Assembly (NCBI GenBank): GCA_963716725.1
Contig: CAVQUB010000011.1
Span: 320,001 to 384,000, forward strand
Direction of reading: 5' to 3'
Length of the DNA stretch: 64,000 nt
Source: an uncultured delta proteobacterium
GTDB lineage: Bacteria > Myxococcota_A > Polyangia > Polyangiales > Polyangiaceae
The position numbers and the translations under genes are program-made. This document shows positions 1 to 9,555 of the stretch, in pieces. The first letter of the stretch is position 1, and each line of letters starts with the position of its first letter. The notes below the pieces were generated by a model. It was given only the letters and a program-made list of their open reading frames with translations, had not been told where the DNA came from and made no database searches.

Positions 1-51
1 AGCCTCCGGTCACGGTGGCCCTGGGCCCCCAGAAGCCGCCGAAGTGCTGAG

Positions 52-366
52 TCAGGCCGCGCTGGCGTTGATCGGCACGATCACCGTCAGCCCCGCGTGT
101 TCACAGTCGACGACGAGCTGTCGGGCGCTGAGCGTGAACCGCATGCCGACGTAGCGCGCGATTTCGTCCGCAGCGACTCGGAGTTCGGCAGCCGTCGGCA
201 CGGCGTTCGGCACCGGCTGCACGCGACACCGAGCGCGCGCGAGGCGGTAAGCAGCGATCGCCAGCCCCCCGGTGCTGTCGAGCAGCTGCCGATACAGTCC
301 ACGGTTTTCTGCCAAGCGCCGCAGCCATTCGGTGGGGCGTTCCAGCTCGTCGGTCGAAATCCTCAT
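52..366 (-). CDS. hypothetical protein (~104 aa)
   Basis: ORF 52..489 looks protein-like from MRISTDELERPTEWLRRL; ATG at 366; no recognisable motif. Confidence 0.5.
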   Translation of the reverse strand: MRISTDELERPTEWLRRLAENRGLYRQLLDSTGGLAIAAYRLARARCRVQPVPNAVPTAAELRVAADEIARYVGMRFTLSARQLVVDCEHAGLTVIVPINASAA

Positions 367-603
367 GGCGCGCGCTCCTGTGGAAATGCCCCTCGACCCG
401 CGGGAAGGACCCACGGCTCGCCGACACGGGGCCCCACCCGTCCCGCGCAAGCGGCGCGAATCGGGCCCTCTCGTGATGGTCCTGGGCATGCCACAGCCCG
501 AGCCGGAAGGACAAGTTTTGCTCGCGTGCGCCCCGGCGCGCCCCGATTAAAGGGGCGCGTTCGTCCGCGCGATTGACTGCGCGAGCCGTCGCCTGAAAAA
601 TGG

Positions 604-2886
604 GTGCCAATGTGGTCGCCCACCTGGGTCGGAGAACGCCTTCGCGCCGAAGGCCTCATCACGGCCGCGCAGCTCTCCGCCACGGTGCAGGCCATGCAGC
701 TCTACAACGAGCGCATGGAGGAGTCGCTGCTGCGCATCGGCGCCATCGACGAGGACCGGCTGCTCCGCTTCGCGGCCGAGCGGTGTCGCACGCAGTTCGT
801 ATCGACGGCAAAGCTCGCTCGTCTTCAGGTTACTGACCAAGCGATGCGCCTCGTACCCGAGCGCGTGGCGGACAAGCTGCTGGTGTTTCCGGTCCGCTAC
901 GAACCCGACACCGACACTCTCAGCGTGGTCTCCCCCGACGCCGGAGATCTCGAATACAAGAAACAGCTGTCGATCGCGATCCGCGTGCGCGAGATCAAGT
1001 CTTACATCGCGCGCCCGGCGGCCGTGAAGGCAGCCATCGCCAAATGGTACCGCGGCGAGACCAACCCCTTCGGCACGCTGGGCTCCGACGCCTACATGCT
1101 GGGCAACGCCTTCGAGGAGCCTCGCGCGCCCGCCCGCGCCGAGCCTGCAGGGCGGCACGAAGCGCCGGCGGCCCCGGCGCGGGACGAGTACTTCACGACC
1201 CCGGTGCCGGCTGCGGCCTCGCCGCGCGCCACTCGCCCTCGCGACGAGTACCTTTCTCCCCCCTCACGAGCCGTGTCGCCGCGGGGCCTCGAAGTCCCGC
1301 CGCCGCCACCACCCATGCTCGAGCTGGGCACGCAGCGGACCGAGGCAATGCGGCCACAGACCGCGCGCCCGGCGGCTCCGCCCTTCGGAGCGCCACCGAA
1401 GAACCTCACGCCACCGCCCAACCCCTTCGAAGCGCCGCGACCCGCCAGCACTTTCCCCGAGGCAGAGCCGCGCCGACCGACACGAGAGCCCCCGGCCCCG
1501 AGCGCGCCCCCGTCGGTGCCACCCCCGAACCGCCCTCGATCCTCGCTGTTTCCGGGACCACAGTCCGAGCCCGGCGATCGACGCCTGACGGACCTGGCCG
1601 AGTTGCTCAACGTGCTCGTCACGCTCAACGAGAACACCCGCGACGAGTTCCGCGGCCACTCGGCCTCGGTCTCGCGGCTGAGCAAGACGATGACCGAGCG
1701 CATGGGGCTCGACGAAACCGAGCAGCTGAATGCCACGATCGCGGCGAACCTGCACGACCTCGGCAAGCCGATCTCTTATCACCTGACCGGGCTCAACGTC
1801 GCGCAGTACGACACACACCGTCGCGCCGCGCTCAAGCTCGCGTACACGCCGCAGCGACTGGTCGAAAGCGTCGGTCTCCCCATCGACGCCACCGCTGCCG
1901 TGGGCGCGATGTACGAACGTTTCGACGGGGCGGGCTTTCCCGGGCGCGTCGCCGGCAAGCAGATCCCGCTCGGCGCTCGCGTGCTGTCCCTCTGCGATAC
2001 CTACTCGGATCTCACGCTCAACCCGCGCAACCTGTACCGAAAGGAACTCTCTCACGAAGAGGCGAACAAGGTCCTGACCGAACACGCAGGCACGTTGTTC
2101 GACCCAGACCTGGTGGAGCTCTTGGCTCAGTTGGTCGTGGGTGAAGATCTGCGGCGCCGGCTCGGCGATGACAAACCGCTGGTGCTGATCGTCGAGCCGG
2201 ACGCGGAGGAGGCGACGATCCTCGAGCTGCGCCTGACGGCCCAGGGGTTCGACGTGAAGGTCACGCGCACGGCGGATCAGGCCGTCAAGGCCGCCGAGGC
2301 GGGCAACGTTCGCTTCGTGCTCTCCGAGGTCGAGCTTCAGCCCTTCGACGGCTTCGCTCTGCTGCAGCGACTCCGGCGAGCCGAACAGACCCAAGCGGTG
2401 CCCTTCATCTTCGTCGCGAAGAACTCCGACGCCGCGGCAGTCGATCGGGCCTTCTCCTTGGGCGCGCAGGACTACGTCGTGAAGCCGACCACGGGCGACG
2501 TGCTCGCCGGAAAGCTGCGACGGCTGCAATCGGCCCCCCGCAAGAACAGCTCCGCAAACGTCGCCACCGGGGTCGCGGGCTCGCTCCGTGATCTGGCGCT
2601 TCCCGACCTCATGCAAATCCTCTTCCACGGGAGAAAGAGCGGCAGAGTCAGCGTGAAGGCGTCGGGGCGCGCCGGTGAGCTGCATTTCCAGGAGGGACGC
2701 ATGGTGCACGCCCTACTCGACGAGCTCGCTGGAGAAGAGGCGGTCTACGAGATGCTGACCTTCGACGAAGGAAGCTTCGCTCTCGACCCGGCGTTTCAGG
2801 CGACGACGACGACGATCCAGGCCAGCCCGGAGATGGTCATCCTCGAGGGATTGCGGCGCTTGGACGAGAAGAACCGAGACGCTTGA
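604..2886 (+). CDS. multidomain signalling protein: MshEN/GSPII_N-like + Pro-rich linker + HD-GYP-like + REC + DUF4388
   Basis: VGERLRAEGLITAAQL N-terminus; LHDLGK and YERFDGAGFPG; receiver ending DYVVKP; GSLRDLALPDLMQIL...GRMVHA...LEGLRRLDE (DUF4388 pattern). Confidence 0.85.
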   Translation: MPMWSPTWVGERLRAEGLITAAQLSATVQAMQLYNERMEESLLRIGAIDEDRLLRFAAERCRTQFVSTAKLARLQVTDQAMRLVPERVADKLLVFPVRYEPDTDTLSVVSPDAGDLEYKKQLSIAIRVREIKSYIARPAAVKAAIAKWYRGETNPFGTLGSDAYMLGNAFEEPRAPARAEPAGRHEAPAAPARDEYFTTPVPAAASPRATRPRDEYLSPPSRAVSPRGLEVPPPPPPMLELGTQRTEAMRPQTARPAAPPFGAPPKNLTPPPNPFEAPRPASTFPEAEPRRPTREPPAPSAPPSVPPPNRPRSSLFPGPQSEPGDRRLTDLAELLNVLVTLNENTRDEFRGHSASVSRLSKTMTERMGLDETEQLNATIAANLHDLGKPISYHLTGLNVAQYDTHRRAALKLAYTPQRLVESVGLPIDATAAVGAMYERFDGAGFPGRVAGKQIPLGARVLSLCDTYSDLTLNPRNLYRKELSHEEANKVLTEHAGTLFDPDLVELLAQLVVGEDLRRRLGDDKPLVLIVEPDAEEATILELRLTAQGFDVKVTRTADQAVKAAEAGNVRFVLSEVELQPFDGFALLQRLRRAEQTQAVPFIFVAKNSDAAAVDRAFSLGAQDYVVKPTTGDVLAGKLRRLQSAPRKNSSANVATGVAGSLRDLALPDLMQILFHGRKSGRVSVKASGRAGELHFQEGRMVHALLDELAGEEAVYEMLTFDEGSFALDPAFQATTTTIQASPEMVILEGLRRLDEKNRDA

Positions 2887-2895
2887 GCGACCGGA

Positions 2896-4467
2896 TCAGC
2901 GCGTCCCCTGCATGATGCGCATCAGCGCGGTGAAGATGCCGGCGATGACGAGGGGCCCTGCGACCCAGAGCGGTCGCACGTCACCAACTGCGAATAGCTC
3001 CCCGCTGTACTGCGAGTAGCCGAAGTCCGCCGCCATGATGGCGATGCCCAGGGCAACGAGCTTCAGCGGGCCACGCAGGCGTTCTCTGAGGCGCGCGGTG
3101 CTCGCTCCGGGGACGGCGTCCCTGGCCCCGTAGCGCGACGGAGCCATCCGAACGGGAAGCGCCTGCGGCGACAGCCCGACGCCGTCCATCCGGTTCAGGT
3201 TGGGGTTCGACACCATGCGGTCGGGCGGACCGATGTCATCGTCGAGATCCAAGCTCTTGCCAAAGGCCGAGCCGCCGCGAGCCGGCGCTGACCCCGATTC
3301 GGCCCGCATGAGCGTGATCTTCTCCGGCTGCTGCTCAGCGCGGGGCGCCGCAGGCTTCCTCGCACCCGGGACGGCCAGCTCGAGGTCGGGAACCGCGGAG
3401 GGAGTCGCCGCCGCAAACGCTGCGACCTTGGTCGCTGCGATGGGGTCCGACGCCACCGACACCAGCAGCTCCTGATCGCCAAAGGGGCCCGGCGGCGGCG
3501 CGATTGTGGCGGCTCCTTCGCGGATCCCGGCTGCGCGGTGCAGGTCCGTCCAGAACTGCCCGACGTCCTGGTAGCGGTCTCGCGGATCGATCGCGACGGC
3601 TTTGACGAAGACGCTCTCCACCGCGTCGGACACTTCCACACCCTCGGCGCGCGGGGTGGGCCGTCGGCCCGGATCGATGGCCGACCCCAGAAGGGCCGCC
3701 TGATCACCCTCGAAGGGCGCCCGACCCGTGATGGCGTTGAGCAGCGTGAGCGCCAGCCCCCAGACGTCCGTCCACGAACCGGTTTGACCGAAGCGCTTGG
3801 GCAACCACTGCTCGGGCGAACCGAAGGTCGGCGTGAAGGCGACCAGGCCGTCGCCGTGGGTGGATTGGTGTCCCACCATCTGAGTCGCAACGCTCTTCAC
3901 CTTGCCGATCCCAAAGTCGAGGATCTTGGCGACGCGCTCGCCATGCTGTTCGGCGATGAAGACGTTCTCGGGCTTCATGTCGCGGTGCAGGATGCAGACC
4001 TCGCCACTCGTGCCGGGGAAGTGATGCGCGCGTTCGAGGGCGCGAGCCACCGGCGTCAAGAGGCGCAGCGTCTCTTTCAGGCTCATCGGCGGCTCGAAAC
4101 GCCGACTGCGCTCTTCGATCAACCCGTCGAGAGTCTGGCCTTCGAGCCATTCGAGGGCGATGAAGGGCACGAATCGACTCGTGCCCTCGAGGGTGCCGAC
4201 GTGGAGCGGTCGCACCACGGCCGGCGTCGAGCTCGAGAGTCGAAATAGCAGCTCGCCCTCCTCACGGAAGCGCTCGAGGAACTCCTCGTGGTGTTGCGCT
4301 CCGAGCGAGTCGGGAACCTTGAGGCATTTGAGGGCAACCTGGGCGCGGAACGCGCTGTGGTACGCGCGATAGACCACGGCGAATCCGCCTTCCGCGACCA
4401 CCTCCTGGACTTGATACGCCCCCGCCTGGGTCGTACCGACGATGCCGAATACGTCCACGGCGGCCAT
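2896..4467 (-). CDS. Ser/Thr protein kinase with C-terminal membrane anchor
   Basis: AEGGFAVVY, VALK, HRDMKPEN, DFG, SPEQ, DVWG; two hydrophobic segments at the C-terminus; start at MAAVDVFG. Confidence 0.9.
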   Translation of the reverse strand: MAAVDVFGIVGTTQAGAYQVQEVVAEGGFAVVYRAYHSAFRAQVALKCLKVPDSLGAQHHEEFLERFREEGELLFRLSSSTPAVVRPLHVGTLEGTSRFVPFIALEWLEGQTLDGLIEERSRRFEPPMSLKETLRLLTPVARALERAHHFPGTSGEVCILHRDMKPENVFIAEQHGERVAKILDFGIGKVKSVATQMVGHQSTHGDGLVAFTPTFGSPEQWLPKRFGQTGSWTDVWGLALTLLNAITGRAPFEGDQAALLGSAIDPGRRPTPRAEGVEVSDAVESVFVKAVAIDPRDRYQDVGQFWTDLHRAAGIREGAATIAPPPGPFGDQELLVSVASDPIAATKVAAFAAATPSAVPDLELAVPGARKPAAPRAEQQPEKITLMRAESGSAPARGGSAFGKSLDLDDDIGPPDRMVSNPNLNRMDGVGLSPQALPVRMAPSRYGARDAVPGASTARLRERLRGPLKLVALGIAIMAADFGYSQYSGELFAVGDVRPLWVAGPLVIAGIFTALMRIMQGTR

Positions 4468-4559
4468 CACCGGCCGAAGATAGTGGAGTCGTCCCGGACT
4501 GAGAAGCGCGGAGCGCGAAAAAACGCCTCGATGGCGGCGCCCACGGCTACCATCGCGCC

Positions 4560-6233
4560 ATGTTCGAACTGCCTCCGACCCGAATTCGCGGTCGCGCCCT
4601 CCGGGCCTTGGTCGCGCTCGTGCGCAACACGCCGGCGAAGCACGCGACCGCCCGGGTCTTGCGCCAGCAACTGGGAATCGACGCACTGCGCAGCCTCGGC
4701 CCCGAGGCCCGAGGCGACCTACCCTTCAGCCTGGAGCCTCGCGTGGCGCGAGCGGATCACCGACGCGAGTCCCAACGCCTCGGCACTCCGACCGTGGGAG
4801 ACTGGCCGCGAAGCGTAGACGCCTGCCGCCGCGCACTCTCCGCCCAGCGCGTGACCTCCGAAGAGCTCGTGACGCGCGCCTACGCGGCGGCGACCAGCCT
4901 CGCTGCGAGGACGCCCAGCCTGGGCCCGCTGCTCGACCGGGACGAAGCGCGAGCCCTCGAGGCCGCGCGCGAGAGCGACGCGCGCATCGCAAGAGGCGAA
5001 GTGCGCGGACCGCTCGAGGGCATCCCCATCGCGATCAAGGAGGAGGTCGACGTCGTCGGCCTTCCGACGCGCGTCGGGACCGGGTTCCTGGCGCGCACGC
5101 CCGCCGGCCAAGACTCGGTTCCGGTTCGCCGACTGCGCGAAGCAGGCGCGGTGGTGCTCGGAACCACGCCCATGACCGAATTCGGCATGTCCCCGCTCGG
5201 CGGCAACGTGCACCGCGTCATGCCTCGCAATGCTCATCGAGACGATCGCCTCCCGGGCGGTAGTTCGAGCGGCTCTGGCGTCGCGGTCGCTTGCGGCGTG
5301 GTGCCCATCGCCCTCGGCGCCGACGGGGGCGGCTCGATCCGAATTCCGGCGGCCTACAACGGCGTGTTCGGCATCAAGCCCACCTTCGGTCGGGTGCCGG
5401 TCGTCGGCCACGGCTTGCCCGGCGGCTCGAGCGTGGTCCATCTCGGCCCCATCGGCGCATCGAGCCACGACCTGGCGGTGTTCCTCGAGGCAGCGAGCGG
5501 TCCCGATCCCAGGGACGCTTCCAGCGAGCGTCAGCCCGTGTTCGAGCAGAACGAGTTGGCAGAGGCCATCGGACGCGGCGTTCGCGGATTGCGCATTGGG
5601 GTGGACGAAGACGAGTGGGCCGCTGCCAGCCCGGTGGTTCGCGCCAAGGGTCGCGACGCGCTCGACGCCCTGGAGAAAGAGGGCGCCGTCTTGGTGCCGG
5701 TGAGCATGCTGCTGGCGAAACACGCCTCCGCCATCGGCTATTTGACGATCGGAATCGAGGTCGCGACGAACCTCGCGACCGTTCGCCGCGATCACTTCGA
5801 CGAGCTCGGGCTCGATTTGCAGCTCTTGCTCGCAAACCTGGAGACCTTCCCGCCGGACGGCTACCTCGATGCCCAGCGTCTGCGCGCGGAGCTTCGCCGC
5901 GAAGTGGCTGCGCTGCTCGCCAGTGTGGACGTCTTGGCACTGCCGACCACCGCGAACACGGCACCTGCCACCACCGATGCCGATCTGACGGAAGGCTTCG
6001 TCGATCCCTTGGCGCTGGACGCCGCCTGCCGCTACGCGTTCATCGGAAACCTCACCGGGTGCCCGGCGGGGACGGCGCCGGTCGGCCTCGATGAGAGCGG
6101 TCTGCCCATCGGTCTGCAAATCATCGGCGACGCCTGGGACGAAGCAGCGGTGCTCCAGGTCCTCGGTCACCTCGAGCGAATCGGAGCCGCGCGTGTCGAG
6201 CGGCCGCGCGCCGGGATCGACCTCTTCGGGTGA
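4560..6233 (+). CDS. amidase signature family protein
   Basis: GIPIAIKE, PGGSSSGS, DGGGSIRIPA. Confidence 0.9.
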   Translation: MFELPPTRIRGRALRALVALVRNTPAKHATARVLRQQLGIDALRSLGPEARGDLPFSLEPRVARADHRRESQRLGTPTVGDWPRSVDACRRALSAQRVTSEELVTRAYAAATSLAARTPSLGPLLDRDEARALEAARESDARIARGEVRGPLEGIPIAIKEEVDVVGLPTRVGTGFLARTPAGQDSVPVRRLREAGAVVLGTTPMTEFGMSPLGGNVHRVMPRNAHRDDRLPGGSSSGSGVAVACGVVPIALGADGGGSIRIPAAYNGVFGIKPTFGRVPVVGHGLPGGSSVVHLGPIGASSHDLAVFLEAASGPDPRDASSERQPVFEQNELAEAIGRGVRGLRIGVDEDEWAAASPVVRAKGRDALDALEKEGAVLVPVSMLLAKHASAIGYLTIGIEVATNLATVRRDHFDELGLDLQLLLANLETFPPDGYLDAQRLRAELRREVAALLASVDVLALPTTANTAPATTDADLTEGFVDPLALDAACRYAFIGNLTGCPAGTAPVGLDESGLPIGLQIIGDAWDEAAVLQVLGHLERIGAARVERPRAGIDLFG

Positions 6234-6239
6234 CCCGGA

Positions 6240-6551
6240 TCAGATCTGGCCGTTCTTGGCCTTCTCGATCCACTTCTTGATTTCTTCTTCTATGAGACCA
6301 ATGGCCTTGCCCTTGAAGGGACGGAGCAAGAACGGAACGTCGAGATCCAACTCGATGTCACGTTCGTTGACCTCGATCACACCAGCCAGGGAGACCCCCT
6401 TCACCTTGAAGGTGATGTCCGCGTGCTTCTCGGTCGTCCAGCGTGCCTCCGGCTGATACTGAGAAAAGCGCTCTTGGTAGCTGGCGAAGGCAGCGTCGGC
6501 GACCTTCCGGGCCGTGTCGAATCCCAAACCGTGGTGCACGACGTGCTTCAT
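6240..6551 (-). CDS. small protein resembling polyhydroxyalkanoic acid system (PHA granule region) proteins
   Basis: 103 aa; HHGLG..ARKV N-terminus, LDVPFLLRPFKGK..IEEEIKKW C-terminus. Confidence 0.65.
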   Translation of the reverse strand: MKHVVHHGLGFDTARKVADAAFASYQERFSQYQPEARWTTEKHADITFKVKGVSLAGVIEVNERDIELDLDVPFLLRPFKGKAIGLIEEEIKKWIEKAKNGQI

Positions 6552-6679
6552 GAGCGGCTGACCTAGAGCATTTTCCCGATCGCTTCAACCTGATCCTGGC
6601 TCGCCCGCCTCGCTCCCTGCGTGCGGTTGCCACAGTCCGAGTACGCCAGGGCGGCAACGCGCCTCCAGCGATCGAAAGC

Positions 6680-7175
6680 CTAGTGCCGCGCGGCCGAAGT
6701 TCGAGTAGATTCGCCCCTGAGACCTGCGCTCATTTGGGCTCTCACAGGAAGGGCGGAAGAGCGGAAGGATTTGGGGTGGTCAGGCGTTAGCCTCCGCAGG
6801 CCATTTCTGAGCGCGGTCACGTTGAAGTTGACGAGCAGGCCGACGGGCAACCGCGAAAGACGCAGATAGGTGATGACCTGCGCTTCGTAAATCGGGAGCA
6901 GCCGCTCGACCGCCTCGAGCTCCAGGAGGATACGATCTGGAAGCGACCAGGTCGAGGCGATAGGCGCAGTCAAGGTGTACGCCTTTGTAGCGGATTGGTA
7001 GCGGTCGCTGCCGCTCGAACTTGAGCCGTCGTTCGGACAGCTCGGCAGATAGACAGGCCTCATATGCGGATTCCATCAGCCCTGGACCGAGATGCCGATG
7101 CACCTCGATCAGCGCACCGATCACCTCGTCCGTCCCATCCCCAAATCTTCCGAGCTTTCGCCCTTCCTGTGCCAT
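6680..7175 (-). pseudogene. GxxExxY family PD-(D/E)xK-like protein, split by a +1 frameshift near 6941
   Basis: EVHRHLGPGLMESAYEACL...YRLDLV continues in another frame as DRILLELEAVE...EAQVITYLRLS..VGLLVNFN. Confidence 0.85.
6743..7171. repeat. inner ~33-bp inverted repeat pair at 6743-6775 and 7140-7171
   Basis: CACAGGAAGGGCGGAAGAGCGGAAGGATTTGGG versus revcomp CACAGGAAGGGCGAAAGCTCGGAAGATTTGGG (3 mismatches, 1 gap). Confidence 0.85.
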
Positions 7176-7441
7176 CCCCGTGTGGTCGGGCCTCACTCCG
7201 AAACAGTTGCGGCTTTCTTCGCAGCTACACCGACGACACGCACACGGAAAAGAAACCAGCGAAACTTCTGCCGCGCGGCACTAGCCCGGCCCTTCTCCGG
7301 CCTAGGGCGGCCTGAAAACCGGGCTAGCGCGGACCGCCGAAGATTTCGGGAACCTCTGCCGCCGGGGGGCTGTCACTCCCAGCATTCGGCCGCTTCGCGC
7401 GGCGATGCGGGTGCCCGGGGCCCCATGGAAGGAGCAGGCAG

Positions 7442-7834
7442 ATGAGTCGGCGTGCAGTGGCGTTCGTATTGGGTCTTGGTGTGTTCGGGGCAGCATGGGC
7501 GCCGCTCGGAGGAGCCATGGGCGTCCCGGGACTGCCCATCGCCGTGGCGCAGGCCGAGGAGACGGCCGAGAGTTGCCTCGCGTTTCGCAAGGGCAATCTC
7601 GAGAAGGGCCTCAGCTTCGACATCGAGTCGAGCTGTGGCATGAAGCTCGCGTGCAAGCTGAGCTGGGTCGTTCAGTGCACTGACAACGACGGCAAGCTGG
7701 AGTCAAAGAGCGCCAAGACCGAGCGCTTCGGCCTCGCTGCGAGCGAGAGCCACTCCGTCACCATGTCGGCCGAGAGCTGCAAGCAGAGCTGGCGCGTGGA
7801 CGACGTGAAGTGGGGCTGCGATCCGGTGAAGTAG
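7442..7834 (+). CDS. secreted hypothetical protein with 6 Cys
   Basis: hydrophobic N-terminus, GGAG upstream, 130 aa. Confidence 0.7.
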   Translation: MSRRAVAFVLGLGVFGAAWAPLGGAMGVPGLPIAVAQAEETAESCLAFRKGNLEKGLSFDIESSCGMKLACKLSWVVQCTDNDGKLESKSAKTERFGLAASESHSVTMSAESCKQSWRVDDVKWGCDPVK

Positions 7835-7906
7835 ACCGGAAAGCGGGCTAGGAAGCGCGCGGCCGTTCGCGCGCTGCGCTGCGCTGCGCTAAGTTGTGTC
7901 GCGCTC

Positions 7907-9073
7907 GTGAATCGGCATCGTCTTTCTGGAAAACTCCTCGCGGTCCTCGGGCTGTCGAGCAGCCTGTCGTCGGCCCAGTCGTTGCGTGGCGAGACGGGTG
8001 GGGAGGTCGCCGTCTACGGCGACAGTGACAACGTGTGGGTGTTGACGCCCACGGCGCGCGGCAGCGTGCGCGGCGCCGATCTGGGCGCCAGCGCGACCTA
8101 CACGGTGGACATCGTCTCTGCGGCCTCCGTGGACATCGTCTCGACGGCGAGCCCGCGCTGGACCGAGGTGCGACACGCCGGCTCGCTGGCCGCGGGATAC
8201 CAGCCCGGCAACTTCGGAGCGTCGGGCTTCCTGGCAACCTCCATCGAGCCGGACTTCGTCTCGACGAAGATCGGCGCCTCGGCGAGCGCCGACCTCGCAC
8301 GTAAGAACCTGTCGCTGTCCCTCGGCTACGCCTACGAGCACGATGTCGCCGGCCGCACCGGCACGCCCTACTCGGTCTACGCGCTGCGGCTGGATCGGCA
8401 CGAGATCTCCGCTACCGCGCTGGTCGTGGTGGGGCGCGCCACCACGTTGACCTCGGTCCTCGACCTCTCCTTCGAGTCCGGCCGTCAAGAGAAGCCCTAC
8501 CGCTTCTTGCCCCTGTTCGACGCGGCCGTGGCCGCGGGCGTGCCCGTGGGAGCATCCGTCGACGAGGTGAATCGGCTGCGCCTGCCCGGCAAGATCGCAG
8601 AGCGCCTGCCCGACACGCGGCAGCGCGCGGCGGCCAGCCTCCGGCTCATGCATCGCCTCGAGGGTTCGACGCTGACAGTCTTGGATCGCGTCTACTTTGA
8701 CGGATGGGGACAACTTGCCAACACCACCGACTTGAAGTGGGTCTTCGAGCTGTCCCGCCGCTGGTCGCTCTGGCCTCACCTGCGCTTTCACGAGCAGTCG
8801 GCGGCCTCGTTCTGGCGGCGTGCCTACGTCGGTCGAGTCGTGCCCGGGCAGGTCGTCGCGCCCGAGTACCGCAGCGGCGACCGGGAGCTCGGGCCGCTCC
8901 GGACGCTGACCGCGGGCCCCGGCGCGGCCTTCGATTTCGGATCGCCGGACCCCCGCCGGCTCAGTGTCACTCTCGAAGTAGAAGGCAGCGCTACCGACTT
9001 CCGCGACGCGCTGTACATCGATCGTCGCTGGGCCGGCCTGGTCGTGGCAGGCTTCACCGCGAGGTTCGAGTGA
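7907..9073 (+). CDS. DUF3570-like outer-membrane beta-barrel protein
   Basis: YTVDIVSAASVDIVSTAS, ERLPDTRQR, YFDGWG, SGDRELG; ends TARFE. Confidence 0.75.
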   Translation: MNRHRLSGKLLAVLGLSSSLSSAQSLRGETGGEVAVYGDSDNVWVLTPTARGSVRGADLGASATYTVDIVSAASVDIVSTASPRWTEVRHAGSLAAGYQPGNFGASGFLATSIEPDFVSTKIGASASADLARKNLSLSLGYAYEHDVAGRTGTPYSVYALRLDRHEISATALVVVGRATTLTSVLDLSFESGRQEKPYRFLPLFDAAVAAGVPVGASVDEVNRLRLPGKIAERLPDTRQRAAASLRLMHRLEGSTLTVLDRVYFDGWGQLANTTDLKWVFELSRRWSLWPHLRFHEQSAASFWRRAYVGRVVPGQVVAPEYRSGDRELGPLRTLTAGPGAAFDFGSPDPRRLSVTLEVEGSATDFRDALYIDRRWAGLVVAGFTARFE

Positions 9074-9555
9074 AACGGCTACTGGTGATCCTCGGGCTCG
9101 CGCTCGCCGTCGGCGGATGTCGCGATCCGGTTTTGGAGGCCAAGGCCGATGCGCTGGGGCCGGATCCGGGACCCTACGACAACGGCCCGCTGCATCGCGC
9201 GGGTTTCCCCTGCACCTACTGTCACGCCAAGGGCGGACGCGCCAGCCCAGAATTCGATCTCGCTGGGACCATCTACGCCGATCAGAATGCCACGGAGGGT
9301 CTCGCCGGCGTGACGGTGCGGCTCTTCGAAACGAGCGGGCGACAGCAGACCGCGACGACCAACGAGGTCGGCACCTTCTTGCTCGAGGCGGGCGCGCTCG
9401 AACTCGACTTTCCGCTGTGGGTACGCATCGAATTCGGTGACGAAGTGCGCTCCATGCAGACCCCAATCTTCCGCGAGCGGTCGTGCGCGGCGTGTCACCG
9501 GAGCCCCACCGGACCCGATCGGCGTTGGCCGGTCTTCCTGCGAGACTTGCCATGA
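9070..9555 (+). CDS. diheme c-type cytochrome lipoprotein
   Basis: GTG start overlapping the upstream TGA; lipobox AVGGC; CTYCH and CAACH. Confidence 0.75.
   Translation: MKRLLVILGLALAVGGCRDPVLEAKADALGPDPGPYDNGPLHRAGFPCTYCHAKGGRASPEFDLAGTIYADQNATEGLAGVTVRLFETSGRQQTATTNEVGTFLLEAGALELDFPLWVRIEFGDEVRSMQTPIFRERSCAACHRSPTGPDRRWPVFLRDLP

Larger units (their letters stand above)
6680..7284. mobile_element. putative non-autonomous element with terminal inverted repeats and CTAG ends, carrying a GxxExxY gene
   Basis: CTAGTGCCGCGCGGCCGAAGTTCG (6680-6703) versus reverse complement of 7260-7284, CTAGTGCCGCGCGGCAGAAGTTTCG; no transposase inside. Confidence 0.65.
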
